Positions 29,401 to 36,816 of a DNA stretch of 64,000 nucleotides are shown piece by piece (the stretch's first letter is position 1; every line of letters starts with the position of its first letter). The DNA comes from Nitrospirota bacterium. Its GTDB lineage: Bacteria > Nitrospirota > Thermodesulfovibrionia > Thermodesulfovibrionales > JdFR-86. The stretch lies in NCBI GenBank assembly GCA_963721805.1, contig CAVRJY010000001.1, positions 1,088,001-1,152,000 of the forward strand. The letters run 5' to 3'. The notes under the pieces were generated by a model. That model did not search any database. It saw nothing but the letters and a program-made list of their open reading frames with translations, and was not told the DNA's origin. The position numbers were made by a program, and so were the translations under genes.

Positions 29401-32124
29401 GCGGCCCGTGGCAGCCAGATGCTGGTTGATAAGCACATCGCCGGGCTTTGTAATCAGATCAAGGGTAGAGAGTATCAGGGAAGGGATCAGCATGATCCCG
29501 AGCACCGCCAACGTCCAAAACACTGGCGATGCCATGATAGTCCAGCCCGTCAGGAGCAGGAGCGTAAGCGCAACTGGCACGAGGCTGCGGCGAAGGTTGT
29601 CCATGATCTTCCATCTCGACAGCAGCGAGAGCGGGTTTCTCTGAAAGCGGGCATGGGCCCCGGGGACTCCGGGCAGCAGCCACCTAAGAAGCTGCCAATC
29701 TCCGCGAATCCAGCGGTGCCGGCGGCTCACATCGGTGCTGTAGCTGGACGGATATTCCTCGTACACCATTACATCGCTCATCAGCCCCGCGCGCGCGTAG
29801 CATCCTTCCAGCAGGTCATGGCTGAGTATCCGGTTCTCGGGGAAGCGCCCGCCCAGCGCCAGCTCGAACGCGTCAACGTCATATATGCCCTTGCCTATGA
29901 ACGACCCTTCCTGGAACAGGTCCTGATAGACATCGGAGACAACTCGCGTATAGGGATCGATCCCCGGCTCGCTGCCGAATAAGCGCGCATACCGCGACCG
30001 GTTCGTTCCGGGCAGGCTTACGGCCACGCGTGGCTGCAAGATGCCGTATCCCTCGGTTACCCGCTGCTTGTCTTTATCGTACCGGGCACGGTTCAGCGGA
30101 TGAGCCATCGCGCCTACGAGCTGCCATGCACAGTCGCGCGGCAGCTGCGTGTCGGTATCGAGTGTGATCACATATTTCACGCTCGATAACACGGAAGTGT
30201 CGCCGACTACGAGCGAGAAGCGGTCTCTCTCGGCTCCGTCCAAACCGGCGCGAAGTAAGGCGTTCAGATCCGAAAGCTTGCCGCGCTTGCGTTCGTACCC
30301 CATCCATATCTCATCCCCCGGGTTCCATCGGCGAGGGCGATGGAAAAGGTAAAACGTAGTGCCTTTTAATGCCGTATACTTTTCATTCAGCTCCTCGATC
30401 CTCTTGCGTGCCAGCGTCAGAAGCGGTTCGTCCTCGGGCAGCGTCTCGCGGTCCGCATCGCGAAAATCGGTCAGCAGGCCGAAGTGAAGGTTATCGTCAC
30501 GGTTCGCCAGGAACCTGACCTCAAGGGCCTCGACAAGGTCCTCGATGTTTTGAGCGCTTGTAATCATAGTCGGGACGACCGCCATCGTCCGCGATTCAGG
30601 AGGTATGCCCTTGGAGAAATCCAGTCTCGGCAGAGGGTTGGGTCTTGCCATCAGTGTGGCCAGCCAGTTCACCAGGGCCACGGCCAGATGGCTGGCGCAC
30701 AGAATCGAGATGAAACCCGTCAGGCTGAGCGCCCAGCCATGAATCCCGGCGGCATGCGCCTTTAATATTATGCCCGCCGTGATGGCCGCGGTAATCAACG
30801 TGATAGCGCCCATATACATAAGCAGAGGAGACCTTGAAGCCCATTTTCGAAAGGACTCAAAGACGGCCAGGCGCACTTCAGCCGCCTGCTCAAGCCGAGC
30901 CAGCCCCTTGTCTATCAGGTAGTAGCCCACATGAGAGCTGTGATCGCAGTGGACTTGTTCTCCTGCATTGCCGGCCGCACTTTCACGCGCAAGCCTGATG
31001 GCATGGGCCGCCACCTCGCCCTCAGAAAGCCGGGATTCCTTTGCAATTGTCTCAACGGCATGGCGGTAACGGTCACGGGTGGAAAAATCCATCTTGCCGT
31101 ATACGCCGCCGATGTCCTCGCGCAGGGTCAGCTCGACTATGCTCATCGTCTCGACGAACGCGCGCCAGTCCATCGCCCCAAGAAAGCGGAGGCTGCCGAT
31201 GCTGTTGCTCATCGAGACTTGATCAGCGGCCTGTTGCTGGTTCTGAGACTGCACCAGTTGCTTGATCGTCAGGCCGGATTCGGACAAACGTTGCTCGATC
31301 CAGGTGAGCGGCAACGCAAGGGCAGGGCCTTTGCCCTGAAGCCTGCGCGTGAGTTCCGCAACGAATGAGCTGACCATCGGAGGGCCCGACCGCGCCATGT
31401 CGGCAATCACGAGGATCAGGCTCTTGGGGTCCTCTTCGGCGGTTTCCGTCATCAGGTCAGCCCAATAATCCGCGCTGTTTCGGTCCAGCCTGTCTGTGAT
31501 GATGCTGGCCGCGACCCGCCGGAGATTCTCGATCAGCGCCAGCCGCAACATGATGGGAATAGCCCACAATTCACCCAACTTCAGGCTCGTGACGCTCTGG
31601 TAGGAGGATACGAAACCGCTGAGGTTCTCAGGGTCAACCCGCCCGTCGCCATGCGAGATCGTCTCAAGAGCAATGTCGTATACACGCGGCAGGCCGGCCG
31701 AAGGGCCACCTTGAAGGCGGGGCAGTTCCCGGCTGTATCCCTTTGGCAGATGCCGCTTGGCCGTGCGGATCTGCTCTTCGATCAGATAGAAATTGTCGAG
31801 CAGCCATTCTCCGGCCGGCGTGATCCTGCGGTTTGACTTGACCGCCTCTGTCAGCAGGTCGCGAGCGTCAAGCAGTATTCCTTCATTCTCGGCAAGCCGC
31901 GTAAGCAGCAATTCCGGGCCATGGTCTCGGCTCAGCTTGTGAATGTCAGCGAGGGCCCTGCCGTGCTGCTCCATCTGGTAGGCGCTGAACAGCTCCGAGC
32001 GAAGCGGCTGCTCGTCGGTGGCGGTTGTTTGCGCTGAGACTTTTCTGCCGAAGCTCGTCCGCAAATGGAGCAGATACCTGAGAATAGTGCTACTCTCCTT
32101 CAAGTCTCGCTCCGATCTTTGCAA
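23446..32124 (-). CDS. ndvB: Cyclic beta-1,2-glucan synthase (Cgs/NdvB/ChvB; GT84 + GH94)
   Basis: ~2890 aa; GYERKRGK, TLDTDT, SHDLLEG, RRHRWIRGDWQ, YQSGGAFGFRDQLQD, GDWNDGMN, ENGGQYTH, WYTGSAGW. Start codon uncertain. Confidence 0.93.
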   Translation of the reverse strand: MQRSERDLKESSTILRYLLHLRTSFGRKVSAQTTATDEQPLRSELFSAYQMEQHGRALADIHKLSRDHGPELLLTRLAENEGILLDARDLLTEAVKSNRRITPAGEWLLDNFYLIEEQIRTAKRHLPKGYSRELPRLQGGPSAGLPRVYDIALETISHGDGRVDPENLSGFVSSYQSVTSLKLGELWAIPIMLRLALIENLRRVAASIITDRLDRNSADYWADLMTETAEEDPKSLILVIADMARSGPPMVSSFVAELTRRLQGKGPALALPLTWIEQRLSESGLTIKQLVQSQNQQQAADQVSMSNSIGSLRFLGAMDWRAFVETMSIVELTLREDIGGVYGKMDFSTRDRYRHAVETIAKESRLSEGEVAAHAIRLARESAAGNAGEQVHCDHSSHVGYYLIDKGLARLEQAAEVRLAVFESFRKWASRSPLLMYMGAITLITAAITAGIILKAHAAGIHGWALSLTGFISILCASHLAVALVNWLATLMARPNPLPRLDFSKGIPPESRTMAVVPTMITSAQNIEDLVEALEVRFLANRDDNLHFGLLTDFRDADRETLPEDEPLLTLARKRIEELNEKYTALKGTTFYLFHRPRRWNPGDEIWMGYERKRGKLSDLNALLRAGLDGAERDRFSLVVGDTSVLSSVKYVITLDTDTQLPRDCAWQLVGAMAHPLNRARYDKDKQRVTEGYGILQPRVAVSLPGTNRSRYARLFGSEPGIDPYTRVVSDVYQDLFQEGSFIGKGIYDVDAFELALGGRFPENRILSHDLLEGCYARAGLMSDVMVYEEYPSSYSTDVSRRHRWIRGDWQLLRWLLPGVPGAHARFQRNPLSLLSRWKIMDNLRRSLVPVALTLLLLTGWTIMASPVFWTLAVLGIMLIPSLILSTLDLITKPGDVLINQHLAATGRSTGMRVAQAAFTLACLPYEALYSLDAIARTAWRMIFAHRRLLEWNASSNIRHTGLGTFIRSMWIAPAIAVAAAIQLALSRPGTLALAAPLLGLWFASPAIAWWISLPLARRKSRLTAEQTVYLRKVSRKTWAFFETFVGPDDNWLPPDNYQEHPVSIIAHRTSPTNMGLALLSNLSAHDFGYISTGQLIERTSNALHTMSALERYRGHFYNWYDTQSLKPLMPTYISSVDSGNLAGDLLTLRPGLLELPDQNILGAQAFDGLYDTFLILVDAAEGTAPAKLDRLRLAMEAARNSTPDTLMTARLCLERMASAAEELVAGLTATDKQALMWAQAFAAQCKAALDELALLTPWIMLADSPETIREFPALLEIPTLRQLAGLEQNSPSAQKLLVKEAAERAMLRISTIERLAREAGELSRMEYDFLFDKTRHLLSIGYNVGERRLDESYYDLLASEARLSCFVGIAQGQLPQESWFALGRLLTTTGGDPVLLSWSGSMFEYLMPLLVMPNYENTLLDQTCKAAVARQIEYGNKRRVPWGISESGFNTIDVHLSYQYRAFGVPGLGLKRGLAEDLVVAPYASALALTVSPEEACMNLQRLSAEGLETRYGFYEAIDYTPSRLQRGQQHAIIRSFMAHHQGMSLLSLAWLLLDGRMQKRFESDPELQATMLLLQERVPKATAFYSHTEEISEVRAASADTEMPVRVLGSPNTPVPEVQLLSNGRYHVMVTNAGGGYSRWKDIAVTRWREDTTCDNWGTFCYVKDVASGEFWSAAYQPTLKTPKKYEAIFSEARVEFRRTDNNIDMHTEITVSPEDDIELRRITITNRSRTAREIDVTSYAEVVLASPASDALHPAFSNLFVQTEIIRHQGAILCTRRPRSVEDRSPWMFHLVAVHGADAEEASYETDRLKFIGRGNTVADPQAMSDQATGNLSNSQGSVLDPIVAVRYRVTIEPEKSATVNIVTGIADNRDACMGLIEKYQDRLLADRVFNLAWTHSQVLLRQINATETEAQIYGRLASSVIYANSSMRAESGVIVSNRRGQSGLWGYSVSGDLPIVLLQIESSANIELVRQLVKAHAYWRLKGLEVDLVIWNEDHAGYRQILQEEILGIIAADLEVNVLDRPGGIFVRPADQISNEDRILFNTVARAIITDSRGTLVNQTIWPTNRNSEPGMPRLIPTRAYREESTNVATSPRGDLLFSNGIGGFTPDGREYVITTTHGQVTPAPWVNVLANPNFGSVISESGLAYTWIDNAHEFRLTPWHNDPVSDSSGEAFYMRDEESGHYWSPSPLPSRGAGHYASRHGFGYSVFEHTEDGIRIEMWVYVALDASVKFTALKVKNESGRSRRLSATGYVEWVLGDLRSKTAMHVITEIDLESGALFARNPYNTMFADRTAFFDVDESARTVSCDRTEFIGRNGTLQNPAAMTRSRLSGRVGAALDPCAAIQVPFELADGQEREVIFRLGAGRDANDTSGLVRRFRGAAAARKALESLWNHWNQTLGAVQVETPDRSVDIMANGWLVYQTLACRMWARSGYYQSGGAFGFRDQLQDMMALVHTKPGLVREHLLLAASRQFIEGDVQHWWHPPLGQGVRTHCSDDLLWLPLAASRYVASTGDTGVLDEPVRFLDSRQVNAGEDSYYDLPGQSEQTATLYEHCVRAITKGITHGEHGLPLIGTGDWNDGMNMVGAQGKGESVWLGFFLYDVLIEFAKIANMRGDRPFVERCNDEAAQLKVNIEKHGWDGGWYRRAYFDDGMPLGSAGNAECQIDSISQSWSVLSGAGDADRSATAMEAVDKRLVRREHGLIQLLDPPFDKSDLNPGYIKGYVPGVRENGGQYTHGAIWAAMAFARLGDGRRAWELLRMINPVNHAISLEDTETYKVEPYVVAADVYAVSPHIGRGGWTWYTGSAGWMYRLILESLLGLRLEKDKLRIAPCLPEDWETFKIHYRHRETIYHITVQVGGRKGVTVDGVVQPESVIPLVDDHREHWVDVRV

Positions 32125-32292
32125 TGGAAGTCTCGCGCTGAAAAAAGATGGCGGTTAAAATAGGTTTTTCCGGTTTAACTGACTATAAGTATACAGCATT
32201 ACCAGCCATCAGCATACTGAATGCATACCTTGCAAAGGTCTCGCGCTGTAGTGCCTGCTATACAAAAATATACGGTTTGGCCCAAAATCAAT

Positions 32293-32324
32293 AAAAAAGG
32301 GGCTACGATTTCTCGTAACCCCTT
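32293..32324 (-). terminator. Duplicate copy of the tRNA-Ala terminator
   Basis: Minus strand AAGGGGTTACGA-GAAA-TCGTAGCCCCTTTTTT, same hairpin as 43740-43773. Confidence 0.8.
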
Positions 32325-32376
32325 GATTTAAAAAGTGGAGCTGAACGGATCGAACCGTCGACCTCTTGAATGCCAT
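32293..32376 (-). repeat. att-like direct repeat: 3' half of tRNA-Ala(GGC) plus terminator
   Basis: Matches ~43742-43826 except for a 1-bp deletion in the T-stem (GAACGGAT vs GAACGGGAT); the match begins exactly at the anticodon loop. Confidence 0.9.
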
Positions 32377-32392
32377 GCATGGCAAGGGCTTG

Positions 32393-32483
32393 CACCGTGT
32401 TATACGGTGTTAGCCCTTGTTCTGTTTTAAAAGGGTTTTTTGACACGGTCTTGTACGATGTTACACGGTGTTGTACGGTGTCT
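32393..32483 (+). repeat. Six phased 10-bp direct repeats (consensus YACGGTGTTR)
   Basis: CACCGTGTTA 32393, TACGGTGTTA 32403, CACGGTCTTG 32444, TACGATGTTA 32454, CACGGTGTTG 32464, TACGGTGTCT 32474. Confidence 0.8.
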
Positions 32484-32531
32484 GGTATACAAAAAGTGTA
32501 CAGTCTATAGCTCGATGAAAACTGTATGCCG

Positions 32532-32587
32532 ATGAAAATGTCCGTGATACAATTTTATTGTTATGGTATTTTTCGACTCATTCCGCC
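32532..32587 (+). repeat. 56-bp direct repeat, copy 1 (extended -10 TGATACAAT plus short ORF start)
   Basis: 46/56 identical, ungapped, to 33259-33314. Confidence 0.8.
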
Positions 32588-32663
32588 GGGTCCGTGTCTC
32601 CGAGCCTCTGAAGACCGGGATTTGCAGATACGAGTTTGAGAAAGGTCCAATGGGGTATCTGCT

Positions 32664-33218
32664 ATGAAAGCACAGCCGGGCGCACAGGACACCGTTATAT
32701 TTACAATCGGCCACTCTACAAGACCCGTTTCTGAGTTTATAGAAATTATTAAGGCCTATGGAATCAAGAAGGTAGTAGACGTCCGGACTATCCCGAAATC
32801 ACGGCATAACCCCCAGTTCAACAAGGACGAGCTCAAAGAAAGTTTAAAGGTGGTCAAGATCGGATATCTCCATATGAAGGGCCTCGGAGGACTTCGCCAT
32901 GCGCTGAAGGACTCACCGAACATGGGATGGAAAAACGCATCTTTCAGGGGGTTCGCTGATTACATGCAGACAGAAGAATTTAAAGAGGCCCTCGATAATC
33001 TTATGTCGGAGGTGCAGAAACGGGCAACGGTTATCATGTGTGCCGAAGCGTTACCGTGGCGCTGTCACCGATCGTTGATAGGAGATGCATTACTAACTCG
33101 GGGAATCCATGTGATAGATATCATGAGCATTACGAGCAGCAGAGACCATACTCTTACGCCATGGGCGAAGGTACATGGGAGCAAAATAACCTATCCCCCG
33201 GAGCCCGATCAATTATAA
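32664..33218 (+). CDS. DUF488 family protein
   Basis: IFTIGHSTR, VDVRTIPKS, LGGLR, MCAEALPWRCHR. Confidence 0.9.
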   Translation: MKAQPGAQDTVIFTIGHSTRPVSEFIEIIKAYGIKKVVDVRTIPKSRHNPQFNKDELKESLKVVKIGYLHMKGLGGLRHALKDSPNMGWKNASFRGFADYMQTEEFKEALDNLMSEVQKRATVIMCAEALPWRCHRSLIGDALLTRGIHVIDIMSITSSRDHTLTPWAKVHGSKITYPPEPDQL

Positions 33219-33258
33219 AACTGTACGTGTCAACTGAATCCGAATCATAAATAGTCCA

Positions 33259-33314
33259 ATGAAAATATCCGTGATACAATTAATGTATTATGGGAATTTA
33301 TGACTCATTCCGCC
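33259..33314 (+). repeat. 56-bp direct repeat, copy 2
   Basis: 46/56 identical to 32532-32587. Confidence 0.8.
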
Positions 33315-33354
33315 TCTTTCGCGTAGCCGCCATCACAAGGGAAAGCCATCAATT

Positions 33355-34071
33355 ATGATGTCTCTGGTGCCCAAGAGAAGGCGCGGCCCCGAGCTGATTG
33401 ATCTCCCCGAGAGCTACAGCCAGCCAGAGTATGCCGGGAGCCTTACGGACATCAGGACTGTCAACCGCTACCTCGGCGACTATCGTGCTACACTCAAATT
33501 CTTTTCAGCCCTTGTATCGGGCATCGCGGCGGACAGGCCCGTCAAGGTGCTGGATATCGCGACCGGGTCTGCGGACATCCCCGTAGCTATGGCGAGATGG
33601 GCTCGCGGGCGGGGGATAAGAGTCGTCATTACCGCCGTGGACATCAACCCGCTGGCTATACGCGAGGCCGCCGCTGTTACCGAAGCATACCCGGAGATAA
33701 CCGTATCTGTCGCCGATGGCTTCTCGCTTCCGTTTGAGGACGGGAGTTTCGACATAGTTCTGTGCGCCAAGACCCTGCACCACTTCAGCGAGGATGATAC
33801 GGTCCGAATCCTGAAGGCAATGTACAGGCTGGCCTCAGTCGGCTATATCGTCATGGATCTAAGGCGCAACTGGGTGCCATGGCTGCTCATAACCATGCTA
33901 TCGCATATCTTCTCACATAACAGGCTTACCCGGCACGATGGCCCGATGTCGGTGCTGCGTTCATACACGGTCGCCGAGTTAGGCACCCTTGCCGACAGTG
34001 CGGGCCTTGCGGGCCATGTGATCGTGAGGCAGCCTTTCTGGCTGATGGTACTCTCCGGAAGGAAGTCCTGA
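33355..34071 (+). CDS. Class I SAM-dependent methyltransferase of the kind often next to type III PKS
   Basis: VLDIATGSAD, AVDINP, LHHF, DLRR, HDGPMSVLRSYT. Confidence 0.85.
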   Translation: MMSLVPKRRRGPELIDLPESYSQPEYAGSLTDIRTVNRYLGDYRATLKFFSALVSGIAADRPVKVLDIATGSADIPVAMARWARGRGIRVVITAVDINPLAIREAAAVTEAYPEITVSVADGFSLPFEDGSFDIVLCAKTLHHFSEDDTVRILKAMYRLASVGYIVMDLRRNWVPWLLITMLSHIFSHNRLTRHDGPMSVLRSYTVAELGTLADSAGLAGHVIVRQPFWLMVLSGRKS

Positions 34072-35295
34072 ATGAGCACATACGGCTTGTCGGTAGCGAC
34101 CAATTTCGACGATGGACTGCTGGACGCCATATCGGGATATCCGGTAACGGAGGTCTTCGGCAAGCTCCCCTCCGACGCTGTCGGCGGTGGCCGGGCCTCC
34201 TTCACGCTCCAGCCGCTGTCGCGCAGGCGGTTTGAGCGCCACGTCGAAAAGGCCAGATCGCTGGGCATCGGATTTAACTACCTCCTTAACCCGGCGTGCA
34301 TGGACAATCGCGAATATACCAGACAAGGACAGCGTGAGATCGAGGCGCTGCTTGGGTATATCGAAAGCGTGGGGGTGAGCGCGGTGACGATATCGCTCCC
34401 GTTGTTGCTGCCGATCATAAAGAAGCGCCATGCCGGGCTTAAGGTGCGTGTAGGCGTATACGCAAGGGTTGACGGTGTGGCCAAGGCCAGGTTCTGGGAG
34501 GATGGCGGTGCGGACTGCATAGCGCTTGAATCGCTGAGCGTCAACCGCGACTTCGAGATGCTGACGGCTATCAGGAAGGCGCTTAAGACAGAGCTGCAGC
34601 TTATCGTCAACGCCAACTGCCAGCTCTTCTGTCCGCTCTCGGGCCAGCACATGGTAAACCTCTCGCACGCATCGCAGAAGGGCCACCCATCGCGAGGGTT
34701 CATGCTGGACTGGTGCGTTATGAAATGCTCATACGACAAACTAAAAGACCCGGCGCAATATCTGAGATCCGAGTTCATCAGACCGGAAGACATGGGCATG
34801 TACCTCGATTTGGGTTACGACTCATTCAAGATATTGGAGCGGGGCGCCCCCACGCCTGTCCTGCTCAAACGGGTAAAGGCTTACTCCGAAGGCCACTACA
34901 ACGGCAACCTGCTGGACCTCATACAGCCCTTCGGGTATAAGGAGAAGAGCGGAGCGTCGCTGGCAGGTGGCCTGTTTAATAAGTGGAGGTATATGTTCAG
35001 ACCGCGCATGGTCAGACTGACGAAGCTCTTGAAATTGAAGGAGCTTGCCGCCAGGCGCGGGATGCTGGAGCCGCTCGCGGGTGAGCCCGTATATATCGAT
35101 AACGGCGAACTGTCCGGATTCATACCCGGCTTCAGGGACCGGGATTGCCGGTCGACCGACTGCGCCGCATGCGGCTGGTGCGCCGCTTATGCCAGAAAAG
35201 CCGTGCGGGTCGATGATGCTTATCGTGTGGAACTCCTCGGGCTTTATGACGAGGTCTTTGCTGATATGTATTCGGGTGATATGTGGGGAATTTAG
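34072..35295 (+). CDS. Peptidase U32 family protein (probable Fe-S hydroxylase-like)
   Basis: NYLLNPAC, NRDF, NCQLFC, WCVMKC, FIRPED, FKILER; C-terminal CRSTDCAACGWC. Confidence 0.75.
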   Translation: MSTYGLSVATNFDDGLLDAISGYPVTEVFGKLPSDAVGGGRASFTLQPLSRRRFERHVEKARSLGIGFNYLLNPACMDNREYTRQGQREIEALLGYIESVGVSAVTISLPLLLPIIKKRHAGLKVRVGVYARVDGVAKARFWEDGGADCIALESLSVNRDFEMLTAIRKALKTELQLIVNANCQLFCPLSGQHMVNLSHASQKGHPSRGFMLDWCVMKCSYDKLKDPAQYLRSEFIRPEDMGMYLDLGYDSFKILERGAPTPVLLKRVKAYSEGHYNGNLLDLIQPFGYKEKSGASLAGGLFNKWRYMFRPRMVRLTKLLKLKELAARRGMLEPLAGEPVYIDNGELSGFIPGFRDRDCRSTDCAACGWCAAYARKAVRVDDAYRVELLGLYDEVFADMYSGDMWGI

Positions 35296-35317
35296 GCATC
35301 GTGCCGGAAGGAGTATT

Positions 35318-35575
35318 TTGAGCACCTTGGATCGCATCAGAAAACTGTTTCTCAAGAATTTTGATTTCCCCGAGGAGCGGCTCCGGCCGGAGGCCACGGT
35401 CGAGAGTCTGGGCCTCGATTCTCTGGATAAGATCGAGTTCATGTTCGATCTCGAAAAGGAATTTAACGTGAAGGTCCCTGATCGCGAAGTTACCCTCAAC
35501 TCCATTGAGGATATTATCAATGTCGTCGACAGGCTGCTTGACGCGCAGCGCCAAAGCGGCGGGACGCCTGTATGA
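35318..35575 (+). CDS. Acyl carrier protein
   Basis: LGLDSLDKIEF phosphopantetheinyl-Ser motif; TTG start after AAGGAG; stop overlaps the KAS ATG. Confidence 0.88.
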   Translation: MSTLDRIRKLFLKNFDFPEERLRPEATVESLGLDSLDKIEFMFDLEKEFNVKVPDREVTLNSIEDIINVVDRLLDAQRQSGGTPV

Positions 35576-36816
35576 GACGTGTAGCCATTACCGGCATGGG
35601 CATCATATCCCCGGTGGGGAATACCTGCGAGGATTTCTTCAATAACCTGATCGCCGCTAAATCGGGGATCAGAAGATTAGTTCCTGATTTCGACGCCCGG
35701 TTGTCTATACGGATCGCCGCTCAGGCGGATTTCTCGGCCGAAAAGCATTTCACGACTAAACAAGCACGGACGCTGGACAGGGTGAGCCAGTTTGCACTGG
35801 TCGCCGCATCGCAGGCATGCAAGGACGCCGGGCTGGAGCTTACAGATGCGGAACAAAGGCGCAGCGGTGTATATCTGGGCACGGGCATGGGAGGTGCGCG
35901 GACGCTCGAGGCCTCCTATGAACAGCTCTATAGTCAGCATGTGAAACGTCTGCATCCGCTTACCGTGGTCATGGTGATGAATAATGCTGCCGCCTCCTCG
36001 ATCTCGATCGAGCACAGCTTGCAGGGCCCCTGCCTTACATTTTCCACCGCCTGCTCATCTTCAGCCGTAGCAATAGGCGAGGCCTTCCGCCTGATCAAGC
36101 ACGGATATGCCGATGTTATGCTCGCCGGGGGGACGGAATCGCTCCTCACCAGCGGGGTGATGATGAGCTGGGAATCAATCGGGACACTAGCCCTGGAATC
36201 GGAAGACCCTTCGGCCTCCTGCCGGCCCTTTTCAAAGGACAGGACCGGATTCGTCCTTGGCGAGGGGGCGGCTGTCGTGGTATTGGAAACCATGGAGCGG
36301 GCACAAAGGCGTGGCGCTCTCATATACGGCGAGATAGCAGGCTACGGCTCAACTGCGGACGCGGAGCATATCACGAAACCCTCTGTGCAAGGACAGGCGC
36401 TTGCTATGGAGGCGGCTCTGAAAGAGGCCGGGATGGACGCGGAGCATATCGACTATATCAATGCCCACGGTACGGCCACCTTGGCCAATGATCTGGCGGA
36501 AACGCAGGCCATCAAGAGCGTGTTCAGTAAGCGGGCCTATGACATCCCCATAAGTTCCACCAAGTCCATGCACGGGCACCTGCTCGGAGCGGCCGGGGCC
36601 GTGGAGCTTGTCGCCTCCGTCCTGGCGCTCAAACATCAGATGATCCCGCCAACCTCGACCCTGATGGTGCCCGACCCTGAGTGTGATCTCGACTATGTGC
36701 CCCTGAAGGCCAGGACAGGCGTGGACCTAAAGGCAGTCATGTCCAATTCCTTCGCCTTCGGCGGGACGAATGCCGTGCTGATCGCGCGTAAACACGTCCA
36801 GAGTTCAGATCAATAG
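35572..36816 (+). CDS. fabF: Beta-ketoacyl-ACP synthase II-like
   Basis: TACSSS, AHGTAT, HGHLLGAAG (Cys-His-His triad), SNSFAFGG. Confidence 0.9.
   Translation: MRRVAITGMGIISPVGNTCEDFFNNLIAAKSGIRRLVPDFDARLSIRIAAQADFSAEKHFTTKQARTLDRVSQFALVAASQACKDAGLELTDAEQRRSGVYLGTGMGGARTLEASYEQLYSQHVKRLHPLTVVMVMNNAAASSISIEHSLQGPCLTFSTACSSSAVAIGEAFRLIKHGYADVMLAGGTESLLTSGVMMSWESIGTLALESEDPSASCRPFSKDRTGFVLGEGAAVVVLETMERAQRRGALIYGEIAGYGSTADAEHITKPSVQGQALAMEAALKEAGMDAEHIDYINAHGTATLANDLAETQAIKSVFSKRAYDIPISSTKSMHGHLLGAAGAVELVASVLALKHQMIPPTSTLMVPDPECDLDYVPLKARTGVDLKAVMSNSFAFGGTNAVLIARKHVQSSDQ

Noticed and set aside
32336..32376. Second tRNA-Ala gene
   Set aside because: Only the 3' half is present and it has a T-stem deletion; treated as an att remnant.
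32393..32483. Short repeats considered as a CRISPR array
   Set aside because: 10-bp abutting units without spacers; no cas genes in the window.
33268..33300. Canonical XerC/D dif or pdif site
   Set aside because: The right arm is only partly XerD-like (TTATGG), the left arm lacks the ATAA end, and the copies are direct rather than inverted; kept only as a loose alternative.
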